The notes under the pieces are model-generated. The model made no database searches, was not told the origin of the DNA, and was given only the letters and a program-made list of their open reading frames with translations. Below are positions 7,541-15,787 of a stretch of DNA of 58,531 nt, piece by piece. The stretch covers positions 1-58,531 of the forward strand of contig CAYVAJ010000007.1 of NCBI GenBank assembly GCA_964448725.1, in the 5' to 3' direction. The position numbers and the translations under genes are program-made. Position 1 is the stretch's first letter, and every line of letters begins with the position of its first letter. The stretch is from an uncultured Gammaproteobacteria bacterium (GTDB lineage: Bacteria > Patescibacteriota > Microgenomatia > Levybacterales > GWA1-39-11).

Positions 7541-9901
7541 ATGCGGTACTACTCTGCTCCAACTCGCAGATCACGTCGTTTACGAAATAAATCAAGTCTT
7601 AAACGGCTTATTTTGCTCTCCAAATTTACCAAATTTGCATTTATTGGTCTGATTGCAGGAATCTTTCTATTCTTTGGATATTTTCTCTGGATATCACGTA
7701 GTTTGCCCACACCAGGAAAACTTGCCAATCCAGATATTAAAGATTCAACAAAAATAGTTGATAGAAATAATGTTGCACTGTACTCGATATATAAGGATTA
7801 CAACCGTACATACGTAAAACTGTCAGATATTCCGAAAGAATTACAGGAGGCAACTATTGCTACAGAGGATCAGGATTTTTATGAAAATTCTGGGTTTTCC
7901 TGGAGAGGCTATGCCCGTGTTGTAAAAGACCTTATCTTAAAACAGCAGCTCACCGGAGGATCTACGATTACGCAGCAGCTCGTAAAAACTATTCTTCTAA
8001 CCCCCGATAGAAATATTACTCGTAAAATGAAGGAGCTTATTTTAGCAGTGCAAGTAGATAAGCGTTTCACAAAAGATGAGATTTTAGAGATGTATCTAAA
8101 TAATATTCCGTATGGAGGTACTGCAGTTGGCATTGAAGCAGCTGCAAATCAATATTTTGGGAAAAAAGCAAAAGATCTAAATTTGGCAGAATCAGCATTT
8201 TTAGCAGGACTGCCTCAGTCACCAAGCTACTACTCACCATATACTGGAGAAAAAGCATATGTAAATAGATCAGCACATGTGTTAAATCGCATGGTAGATG
8301 AGGGTCATATTTCAGAAAAAGAAGCTGAAAAAACACTTGCACAAATCAAGAAATTTAAATTCGAGCAAGAAGGAGGCAACTTTAAAGCACCTCATTTTGT
8401 GATGTATGTACGACAGCAGCTCAATGAATTATTTGGCGAAAATGCAGTGTTAAATGGGAATTTAACAGTTAAGACGACACTTGATTATGATATCCAAAAG
8501 CATGCAGAAAAAACTCTCAAAGAAGAAATTGATCAGCTTGAAGAATATCGGGTAACTAATGGGTCAGTTGTCGTGCTTGATCCTAAAACTGGTGCAATAC
8601 TATCTATGGTTGGGTCAGCTGATTATTTTGATCAGGAAAATGATGGGAATTTTAATACAGCAATCGCACTTCGGCAACCAGGTTCAAGCCTTAAACCGCT
8701 TATTTATGGTGTGGCGCTTGAAAAAGGATATACCCCTGCTACATTGCTGATGGATGTTTCCACCGATTTCCCTGGTGCTTCAGCAGATAAGCCATATAGA
8801 CCAGTAAACTATGATGGAAAATATCGAGGTCCGATGCATATGCGGTTTGCGCTGGGAAATTCCATTAACGTGCCAGCTGTTAAAATGCTTGCAATGGTTG
8901 GTTTGAAACCAGTTATGCAAAAAGCATATGATGCAGGTATTGAAAACTGGAAACCAACTGAGAAAGCAATGCAAGACGTTGGTCTTTCACTGGTTTTAGG
9001 AGGTCGTGAAGCAACATTGCTGCAGATTACCTCGCTCTACTCTGCATTTGCTGATAAAGGTGTTCAACACGCACCATTTGCAATCTTAGAAGTGAAAGAT
9101 GCAAAAGGAAAAGTAATATACAAACATGATCAGGATCAAGGAAATCAGCTGTTCAGTGAAGAAGTTTCCTTTTTAATTTCACATATGTTATATGACAATA
9201 ACGCACGAAGTATGGTATTCGGTACGAATTCATTATTAAATATTCCGGGTAAAACTGTGGCAGTCAAGACTGGTACAACAGATGAGAAAAAAGATAACTG
9301 GGCTGTTGGGTACACCCCTTCATATGCAGTTGGTGTTTGGGTTGGTAATAATGACAACTCCTCGATGAATCCGGCAATTGCCTCAGGTGTTACAGGTGCA
9401 TCTCCTATCTGGCATGATGTGATGGTTGAGATTCTTAAAGATAAGAAAAATGAACAATTTGAAGTACCAAAAAATGTTTTAGCAATGGAAATTGATGCGC
9501 TTGGTGGTGGACTTCCAGTGGATGGACAAGCAAAGCGAACAGAGTACTTTGTAAAAGGTACTGAACCAACAACACAAAGCCCAATATATAAAGAAGTAAA
9601 AGTATCGAAGTCAGACAATAACAAATTGGCAAATGAAGAAGAAATCAAACGAGGAGATTATGATGTGAAGCAGTTCGTGGTATTTGAAGAAGCAGATCCT
9701 GTCTCAGGTGATAATAAAAATCGCTGGCAGGAAGCTATTAATGCATGGCTTGCAGGTAATTACAAGGATGATCCAAAGTATCATCCTCCGACAGAAAACT
9801 CTGATAAAGATTATGATGGAGAAACAGCCAAGAAAAAAGACGAAGATGATGATGACGATGAGATTGCCGGTGTTGCAATATCCCCAGTCATTAATCCATA
9901 G
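7541..9901 (+). CDS. class A penicillin-binding protein (glycosyltransferase + transpeptidase)
   Basis: GT51 motifs EDQDFYENSGF and RKMKE; transpeptidase SSLKP (SxxK) and KTGTT; acidic C-terminal tail. Confidence 0.85.
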   Translation: MRYYSAPTRRSRRLRNKSSLKRLILLSKFTKFAFIGLIAGIFLFFGYFLWISRSLPTPGKLANPDIKDSTKIVDRNNVALYSIYKDYNRTYVKLSDIPKELQEATIATEDQDFYENSGFSWRGYARVVKDLILKQQLTGGSTITQQLVKTILLTPDRNITRKMKELILAVQVDKRFTKDEILEMYLNNIPYGGTAVGIEAAANQYFGKKAKDLNLAESAFLAGLPQSPSYYSPYTGEKAYVNRSAHVLNRMVDEGHISEKEAEKTLAQIKKFKFEQEGGNFKAPHFVMYVRQQLNELFGENAVLNGNLTVKTTLDYDIQKHAEKTLKEEIDQLEEYRVTNGSVVVLDPKTGAILSMVGSADYFDQENDGNFNTAIALRQPGSSLKPLIYGVALEKGYTPATLLMDVSTDFPGASADKPYRPVNYDGKYRGPMHMRFALGNSINVPAVKMLAMVGLKPVMQKAYDAGIENWKPTEKAMQDVGLSLVLGGREATLLQITSLYSAFADKGVQHAPFAILEVKDAKGKVIYKHDQDQGNQLFSEEVSFLISHMLYDNNARSMVFGTNSLLNIPGKTVAVKTGTTDEKKDNWAVGYTPSYAVGVWVGNNDNSSMNPAIASGVTGASPIWHDVMVEILKDKKNEQFEVPKNVLAMEIDALGGGLPVDGQAKRTEYFVKGTEPTTQSPIYKEVKVSKSDNNKLANEEEIKRGDYDVKQFVVFEEADPVSGDNKNRWQEAINAWLAGNYKDDPKYHPPTENSDKDYDGETAKKKDEDDDDDEIAGVAISPVINP

Positions 9902-10121
9902 ATTCTATTAATTGAAATCGTGGTCCTGAGTACCCATCACGTTCAATGTGTTCATTCCACATGCGTATAGGTCTTGCCCACAAAGAATTCTTTCCATATT
10001 CTTTACTGTCATGTTTGTAAAAGACCATTTCTTCTAACGTTTCACTATGACGGCCTGTACCGATTACTTCGTATATTCCTCCTTTAAAATGGCGGTATAG
10101 ACCTTTTTTAATTACTTTCAT
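9891..10121 (-). CDS. DUF1653-family protein
   Basis: YRHFKGGIYEV...GRHSETLEEMVFY...LWARPIRMW pattern. Confidence 0.7.
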   Translation of the reverse strand: MKVIKKGLYRHFKGGIYEVIGTGRHSETLEEMVFYKHDSKEYGKNSLWARPIRMWNEHIERDGYSGPRFQLIESMD

Positions 10122-10126
10122 GTCTA

Positions 10127-10450
10127 TTATATAAGTTTAAATTTAATTATTTTGATAGGTGTATCCAGTGTTACTGTTGTATTGTAGTAGCCTGAATAAG
10201 TGGTGAGCATTTCATCAATTGATTTGAATTTTTCGTGTCCTTGCGTGTCTTCTTCTCTGAGATGTTTAAATGTTGTCTCTTTTACCCATTGTATCTCAGC
10301 TTTACCAAATTCATTTCGGTCTGAATCTATGAGTGATAAGATGTCACCTTTTTGAAGATCTTTATCATCGTTGATTCTCCAGGTGGTATCTTTCTCACCT
10401 TTCAGAATCATTTCAGGAAGTGGTTCAATAAATTTCAATGTTTTAATCAT
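10127..10450 (-). CDS. ASCH-domain protein
   Basis: ILKGEKDTTWR and a short beta-barrel-like layout typical of ASCH. Confidence 0.6.
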   Translation of the reverse strand: MIKTLKFIEPLPEMILKGEKDTTWRINDDKDLQKGDILSLIDSDRNEFGKAEIQWVKETTFKHLREEDTQGHEKFKSIDEMLTTYSGYYNTTVTLDTPIKIIKFKLI

Positions 10451-10453
10451 ACT

Positions 10454-12400
10454 CTACACTATTTTTGCTTTTAATTCTTTTTCCAGTGCGCTATATACTT
10501 TCTTGCGAATATCTACTATATCCTCATTCGTTAGATTGCGTTTCGCGTGCTGATAGACAATACGAAAAGTTTTTTTATCCTCATATGTATCAAGCAAAGT
10601 GACATCTTTTATTAAATTACTTTGTTTGGTAATTACTGAGACAATTTGTTCATAAGTAGTATCAGCTTCTGTTTGAAGACGTACGTCTTCAATAATTGGC
10701 GGATGTTTGATAATCGGTGTATATTTTTTAGCTGATGTGGCATGTGCAATGAGTTCAGTAAAATTAAGTTCAAAATCAACCAAATTAGAGTCTAAAATTT
10801 CGACAGTTCCAATGTGTCTTTTTTCAAGAAATATATCTGCACCATGAAGGTTATCTGAAGGTTTAAATGTAAGCTCAACATTAAGGTCTGTTGCCAGTTG
10901 TTCGATATACCCTTTTAGTGCATAAAAGGATATATTTTCTTTTTTGATAACTGCAGCCAAATACAGTATCTCATGTGGAAGATTCTTTCCGTTTTTTATA
11001 TATACATTGGCAATTTCAAAAAGCATGATGTGTTCATTACTATCATTTTCTCGTACTACTTCAAGAAGGCTTGGAATAAGAGATTTACGCATATACACAT
11101 GATCTTCATCAAGAGGATTTTTTAGTTTTATAGCTTCGGTTTCCGGACCCTCAAGCATAGTGTCTGATACCATTGAATATGTGTAGGTTTCAGTGAATCC
11201 CCAGTATTTGAATGCATTTTTAACTCTGCGCTCCCAGTAAAATGGATCAGATGCTTGATGGTATACAGCCGAGGTTTGCAGAGGCGGGAGTACTGAAGGT
11301 AAATTATGATAACCATATACTCTGGCAACTTCTTCAATAATGTCTTCTTCTATTGCTATATCGTTCATTCGCCAGCTTGGTACGGTAACTGTGATATTTG
11401 AATCATGCTGCACAGGATTAAACCCAAGGTCTTTGAGAATTGCTTTTATCTGCGTATCTTTTATATCAACCCCAATAACAGATCTGATAGTATGAGTATT
11501 TGCGGTAACGGTTTTCTCTTTTAAAGGATTCGGGTAGATATCGATAATATTTGATACTACAGTTGCCTGTGCGATTTCTTTGTAGAGTTGAATTCCGCGT
11601 AGAAAGGCTTTTTCCATGGTCTCAGGGTCAACTCCTTTTTCATTCAGTACTGCTGCTTCAGTACGTATTCCAAGATTCATAGATGTTTTGCGGATTATAT
11701 GAGGATTATTATTATCAAGAAAGAAAAGTATTCGCTTTGTTTGTGAAGTGACAACACTATTAGCAGTTCCCATAATACCAAGTAAATCAACAATTTCACC
11801 TTCCCCATTATCTGCCACTATATCGCCTCCAGGCAAAGTATATGTTTTTTTATCTAATGTCGTAATTTGTTCGCCTTTTTTGGATTGTCGAATGATGAGA
11901 TTTTTAGTGGTGAGTCGGTCATAGTCAAAAACGTGTGCAGGATGACCAGTCTCACGCATTACATAATTGGTAACGTCAATAATATTATTGAGACTGCGAA
12001 TATCACTTGTTTCAATTCGATTTTGTATTTTTTTAGGAGATGTTCCCATAGTGACCTCAAGTAATACTGCGAGTATTCTATTTACCAGCTTGGGGTCATT
12101 TTTGATGGTTATATCTGCTTTTTTTCCGATTGATGGTAAAGGCTGAGTTTTCAGCGGTTTAAACGCTGCCTGAACTCCAAATTGAGGAAGTACAACTGCT
12201 GCTTCTCGTGCAATTCCTATTACTGACATAAGATCAGGACGGTTTGTGGTGACTTCTATATCATATATGTAGTCTGATCCATGCTTTTCAATACGCTCAA
12301 CAGCGACGCTTGTCAATGACAATGCTTTAGTCATTTCAGATATTGTCGCTTTCGTATCGACATATTCTCGTAACCAACTGTCTAATATTTTTATGTTCAT
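10454..12400 (-). CDS. pheT: phenylalanine--tRNA ligase beta subunit (short form without N-terminal OB domain)
   Basis: B3/4, B5 and C-terminal anticodon-binding-like regions. Adjacent to pheS. Confidence 0.85.
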   Translation of the reverse strand: MNIKILDSWLREYVDTKATISEMTKALSLTSVAVERIEKHGSDYIYDIEVTTNRPDLMSVIGIAREAAVVLPQFGVQAAFKPLKTQPLPSIGKKADITIKNDPKLVNRILAVLLEVTMGTSPKKIQNRIETSDIRSLNNIIDVTNYVMRETGHPAHVFDYDRLTTKNLIIRQSKKGEQITTLDKKTYTLPGGDIVADNGEGEIVDLLGIMGTANSVVTSQTKRILFFLDNNNPHIIRKTSMNLGIRTEAAVLNEKGVDPETMEKAFLRGIQLYKEIAQATVVSNIIDIYPNPLKEKTVTANTHTIRSVIGVDIKDTQIKAILKDLGFNPVQHDSNITVTVPSWRMNDIAIEEDIIEEVARVYGYHNLPSVLPPLQTSAVYHQASDPFYWERRVKNAFKYWGFTETYTYSMVSDTMLEGPETEAIKLKNPLDEDHVYMRKSLIPSLLEVVRENDSNEHIMLFEIANVYIKNGKNLPHEILYLAAVIKKENISFYALKGYIEQLATDLNVELTFKPSDNLHGADIFLEKRHIGTVEILDSNLVDFELNFTELIAHATSAKKYTPIIKHPPIIEDVRLQTEADTTYEQIVSVITKQSNLIKDVTLLDTYEDKKTFRIVYQHAKRNLTNEDIVDIRKKVYSALEKELKAKIV

Positions 12401-12511
12401 ACAGATAATTTACAATTTTAAATTTTCAATTTTTACTGAATTTTCAATAATTAATTTTTTAACATTAAAACATTTAGATTTCATTTCAAATTTTAAATTT
12501 CAAAATAAAAA

Positions 12512-13567
12512 TTAAAATTGTCTAAGAAAATCTAGGTTATTTCCGTATAGTAGTCTCAGATCATCAATCTCAATCCCTTCTTTCATCATTAGAACACGCT
12601 CAACCCCCCAGCCAAACGCAAATCCATTATATTTTTTAGGGTCGATTCCGCTATTGCGCAGAACATTGGGGTGTACCATGCCAGCTCCACCCATTTCAAG
12701 CCAACCTTCTTTACATAATCTGCACCCTTTTCCTGCACATATACCACATGATACATCAACTTCAAATGACGGTTCAGTAAATTGGAAGTGGTATGGTCGT
12801 ATACGAGATACTCGTTTTTCTCCAAAATACGATTTTACAAAATAGTCCAATACTCCTTTGAGGTGCGTGATAGAAATACCATGATCAACTACGAGTCCTT
12901 CAAATTGATGGAACATTTGAGTATGAGATACATCTGACTGTCTGCGGTATGTTTTAGCAATATTTAACATTTTAATGGAAATGTTATTATCTTTTGCTTC
13001 TTTTGTTGCGCGAGTCATCTCTCTAATTTGTCCTGAGGAAGTATGAGGTGTGAGAAGCATTGGACCTTTTTTACTATCTACTGGTGTATCAATAAAAAAT
13101 GTTTCCCAGTCGTCTCGTGCAGGGTGCTGATCAGGAAAATTCAAAGCTTCAAATGCGTACCAATCCCACTCTACTTCTGGATACCGGACTCTGGTAAATC
13201 CAATTTTCTCAAAAATCTGAGTGATTTCATCAATTGCCTGAGTAACGAGATGTAGATGTCCAAGCGGCGGTTTGATACCAGGCATTGTTACATCGATATT
13301 ACTTGTTTGTTTTTTTCGGGATTCATTTTTAAGTGTTTTGAATTTATCTTCAATAAGTTCTTCAATCGCGTTTTTTACCTCATTTGCGAGTCTACCAATA
13401 ATTGGGCGTTGATCTGCAGGCACTTTTGGCAGTGTTTTAAGTGCTGCGGTAAGACGACCGTTACGTCCAATATACTCGAGTTTGATACGATTTAGCTCTT
13501 CAGCATTTTCAGCCGCAATAATCATGCTAACTGCATCATTTTTTATATTTATCAAATCATTTTGCAT
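12512..13567 (-). CDS. pheS: phenylalanine--tRNA ligase alpha subunit
   Basis: FPDQHPARD motif and class II core motifs. Confidence 0.9.
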   Translation of the reverse strand: MQNDLINIKNDAVSMIIAAENAEELNRIKLEYIGRNGRLTAALKTLPKVPADQRPIIGRLANEVKNAIEELIEDKFKTLKNESRKKQTSNIDVTMPGIKPPLGHLHLVTQAIDEITQIFEKIGFTRVRYPEVEWDWYAFEALNFPDQHPARDDWETFFIDTPVDSKKGPMLLTPHTSSGQIREMTRATKEAKDNNISIKMLNIAKTYRRQSDVSHTQMFHQFEGLVVDHGISITHLKGVLDYFVKSYFGEKRVSRIRPYHFQFTEPSFEVDVSCGICAGKGCRLCKEGWLEMGGAGMVHPNVLRNSGIDPKKYNGFAFGWGVERVLMMKEGIEIDDLRLLYGNNLDFLRQF

Positions 13568-13575
13568 AGTAAATA

Positions 13576-13604
13576 AGTTTAAAACTAATAGTGTAAAGTG
13601 TAAA
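13576..13604 (-). promoter_or_regulatory. pheS promoter TTTACA-17-TAAACT, leaderless geometry
   Basis: The -10 (13581-13576) ends 8 nt before ATG 13567. No SD. Confidence 0.5.
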
Positions 13605-13612
13605 ACTATAGC

Positions 13613-13996
13613 TTAAAGTTTAAATTTTCTTTTGCCTTTGAGCGTTAATAAGCTTGCACCAATTATATTACACAATTGCCTTGTTTCATCAAGAAATTGA
13701 TTAACTTTCACTTTATCACTTTCTGTAGCATCTCTTAAAATTCCTAACCAGTACTGTGTTTCAGTAGCGCTTTTTAATGCAATATTAAAAAACTTAATAA
13801 AATCACGTTTACTCGATGCCGCTTGTGCTTCAATTATATTTGCTCCGATCGAAGTGGCAGAACGTAGTAACTGATCAGATATAACCCAATATACCCTTGA
13901 ATCAGGTAGCGTTGAAACATATTTTACAATTGCAATTGAGAATTTATACGCGCGTATTTTTAACTCTTGCTTTGTTCTATTTTCTTCGCTATCCAT
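13613..13996 (-). CDS. four-helix-bundle protein (23S rRNA intervening-sequence protein family)
   Basis: SATSIGANIIEAQAASSKRDFIKFFNIALKSATETQYWL signature. Confidence 0.8.
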   Translation of the reverse strand: MDSEENRTKQELKIRAYKFSIAIVKYVSTLPDSRVYWVISDQLLRSATSIGANIIEAQAASSKRDFIKFFNIALKSATETQYWLGILRDATESDKVKVNQFLDETRQLCNIIGASLLTLKGKRKFKL

Positions 13997-14061
13997 TTTC
14001 AGTTATAGCTTTACATTTTAAGCTCTAAACTCTTCGCTTACCTGAAAGGATACCAGAAATT

Positions 14062-14385
14062 TTATTTGATTTCACTATCTTGAACGTGATGTGTTGCATC
14101 TGTGTCATTTTGTTCAGATGGAATATCATAGTCTTTATTACCATTGAGAGACATAAGAATTACCTCTTTCCCATTTCTTGGACATAGTGCAGTCTCAGTA
14201 CCCAAGAGTGATGCAGGGACAATTCCTGAATCATACTGACATCCTTTGATTTTTTCAGTTGCTAAATATGGACATGTGACTCCGTCATTTTGTATGCAGG
14301 GAGACAGCATGAGAGAATCATTTTGTTGTGTTTCTCTGATTGCTTGTGCCATATCAATTGATGTACGTATTTTATTTTCTATCAT
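14062..14385 (-). CDS. orphan 107-aa Cys-containing protein (driven by module M1)
   Basis: 13-nt SD AGAAAGGAGGTGA lies 7 nt before ATG 14385. No family recognised. Confidence 0.55.
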   Translation of the reverse strand: MIENKIRTSIDMAQAIRETQQNDSLMLSPCIQNDGVTCPYLATEKIKGCQYDSGIVPASLLGTETALCPRNGKEVILMSLNGNKDYDIPSEQNDTDATHHVQDSEIK

Positions 14386-14450
14386 ATGTATTTCACCTCC
14401 TTTCTTGTCATAACCTTCGGCTATGCTCAGGATATTGGCATTTTGCCAAT

Positions 14451-14473
14451 AAAAAAACCTCCCGTTTGGGAGG
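14451..14473 (-). terminator. intrinsic terminator CCTCCC-AAAC-GGGAGG-T7 (M1)
   Basis: 6-bp GC stem, 4-nt loop, seven T. Confidence 0.7.
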
Positions 14474-14501
14474 TCTGTGCATTCGTGGCTTTTACGTTTA
14501 T

Positions 14502-14606
14502 TTACTTGCTCATACCACGAGCAAACCTCCCTTTAAGGGAAGTAAAGTAAAAAAAGTAAAAAGCTTGCGCGGTTTGGGTAATGGTATATAGATTCTGAGC
14601 GGCCAT
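14502..14606 (-). CDS. possible 34-codon leader ORF of M1
   Basis: ATG 6 nt after the rplT stop. MAAQNLYTITQTAQAFYFFYFTSLKGRFARGMSK reads through seg1 and seg2 and stops 28 nt before seg3. No SD. Confidence 0.25.
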   Translation of the reverse strand: MAAQNLYTITQTAQAFYFFYFTSLKGRFARGMSK

Positions 14607-14611
14607 ATGAA

Positions 14612-14962
14612 TTATTTATCAAAGACTTTCTGAGTAATTGTTTTAAATGTTTCAGGATCAGATGATACGAGATTTGCTAAGATTTTACGGTCGATTTTAA
14701 TGTTTTTCTTGTTCATACCATCGATGAATTTGCTGTAAGAATATCCCATTTCATCAAGTGCACCATTAATTCGCGTAATCCAAAGTCTTCGCATATCACG
14801 TTTTCGTAATTTACGTCCATGAAACGCATATGCTCCTGCATGCAATACTGCTTCGTGAGCTGCTTTAATCAGTGTGCTTTTTGATGCACGGTATCCTTTT
14901 ACCTGCACCATTAATTTATTGTGTTTTCTTCGTGATACGGTTCCCCGTTTAATTCTAGCCAT
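14612..14962 (-). CDS. rplT: 50S ribosomal protein L20
   Basis: MARIKRGTVSRRKHNK... typical L20. Last gene of infC-rpmI-rplT. Confidence 0.95.
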   Translation of the reverse strand: MARIKRGTVSRRKHNKLMVQVKGYRASKSTLIKAAHEAVLHAGAYAFHGRKLRKRDMRRLWITRINGALDEMGYSYSKFIDGMNKKNIKIDRKILANLVSSDPETFKTITQKVFDK

Positions 14963-15036
14963 AATATCCTTTCAGGAAAATATCAATTCTCAAATCCCAA
15001 TTTTTGTTATTTGGTATTTGTATTTTGATATTTCAC

Positions 15037-15243
15037 TTATGCTTCTCCAAGCATTTGTTTGATTTTCTTTGCGAACTCACCTGTAGTGAGTACTCCAATT
15101 TCTTTTTGTCTTCGGATTCGTGACTTTGATTTATTCAGTTTTTTATGTGATCCATACTGATGGCCAAAAATCACTTTACCATTTTTGGTTACTCTGAATC
15201 TCTTTGATACTGAGCTTTTAATTTTTTTCTTTTGCTTTTTCAT
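15037..15243 (-). CDS. rpmI: 50S ribosomal protein L35
   Basis: MKKQKKKIKSSVSKRFRVTKNGKV... typical L35. Confidence 0.9.
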   Translation of the reverse strand: MKKQKKKIKSSVSKRFRVTKNGKVIFGHQYGSHKKLNKSKSRIRRQKEIGVLTTGEFAKKIKQMLGEA

Positions 15244-15253
15244 AATTTTCTCC

Positions 15254-15787
15254 TTATTTTAGTCTCGAAAGTATTGTTACCATTTGGCGACCTTCCATGT
15301 GTGGTTCTCGCTCAACTTTTGCAACATCTTCAAGCTTTGTAATCACTTTTCTCAAGACTTGTTCGCCGAGCTCTTTTTTCGTAAATTCTCTTCCACGGAA
15401 ACGGACTTCAAATTTTACCTTATCTCCATCATCAAAAAACTCTTTTGCTCGTTTTACCTTAATATCCAAATCGTGATCCCCGATAAAAGGTCCCATTCTG
15501 ATTTGTTTAGTCTCAGAAGTGACACTTTTTTTCTTCTCTTCTTGTTTCTTTTTCTTTAACTGATACAAAAACTTACTGTAATCAATTAATCGCGCTACAG
15601 GCGGTTTTGCCATTGGCGCAATCTCAACCAGATCTAATTCCTGTTCATCACTCAGTTTTCGTGCTTCATCGATGCTCATCACACCGATTTGTTTTCCTTC
15701 ACTGTCAAGAAGTCGTACTTCTCGAGCCCGGATCTGATGATTTATCCGGTAAAATGGTTGTTTTGTTTGATTATATTTTTTTCTCAA
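15254..15787 (-). CDS. infC: translation initiation factor IF-3
   Basis: RINHQIRAREVRLLDSEGKQIGV. The start codon is TTG (15787-15785), consistent with the known non-AUG autoregulated infC start. Overlaps the thrS end by 17 nt. Confidence 0.9.
   Translation of the reverse strand: MRKKYNQTKQPFYRINHQIRAREVRLLDSEGKQIGVMSIDEARKLSDEQELDLVEIAPMAKPPVARLIDYSKFLYQLKKKKQEEKKKSVTSETKQIRMGPFIGDHDLDIKVKRAKEFFDDGDKVKFEVRFRGREFTKKELGEQVLRKVITKLEDVAKVEREPHMEGRQMVTILSRLK

Larger units (their letters stand above)
14386..14611 (-). promoter_or_regulatory. attenuator module M1 (between rplT stop and ORF 14385)
   Basis: seg1 CTTCCCT 14542-14536, seg2 AGGGAGG 14532-14526, terminator 14473-14451, palindrome TTGGCAnnnTGCCAA 14449-14435, GA-hairpin 14434-14411, SD 14405-14393. 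Confidence 0.6.

Noticed and set aside
14435-14449. Reading TTGGCA-N3-TGCCAA as a sigma-54 (-24/-12) promoter.
   Set aside because: The GG-to-GC spacing is about 8 nt instead of the canonical roughly 12 nt, and no sigma-54 or enhancer-binding protein gene is seen.
15771-15787. The thrS/infC 17-nt overlap and the TTG start of infC.
   Set aside because: Non-AUG infC starts and tight coupling in this operon are well known and ordinary.
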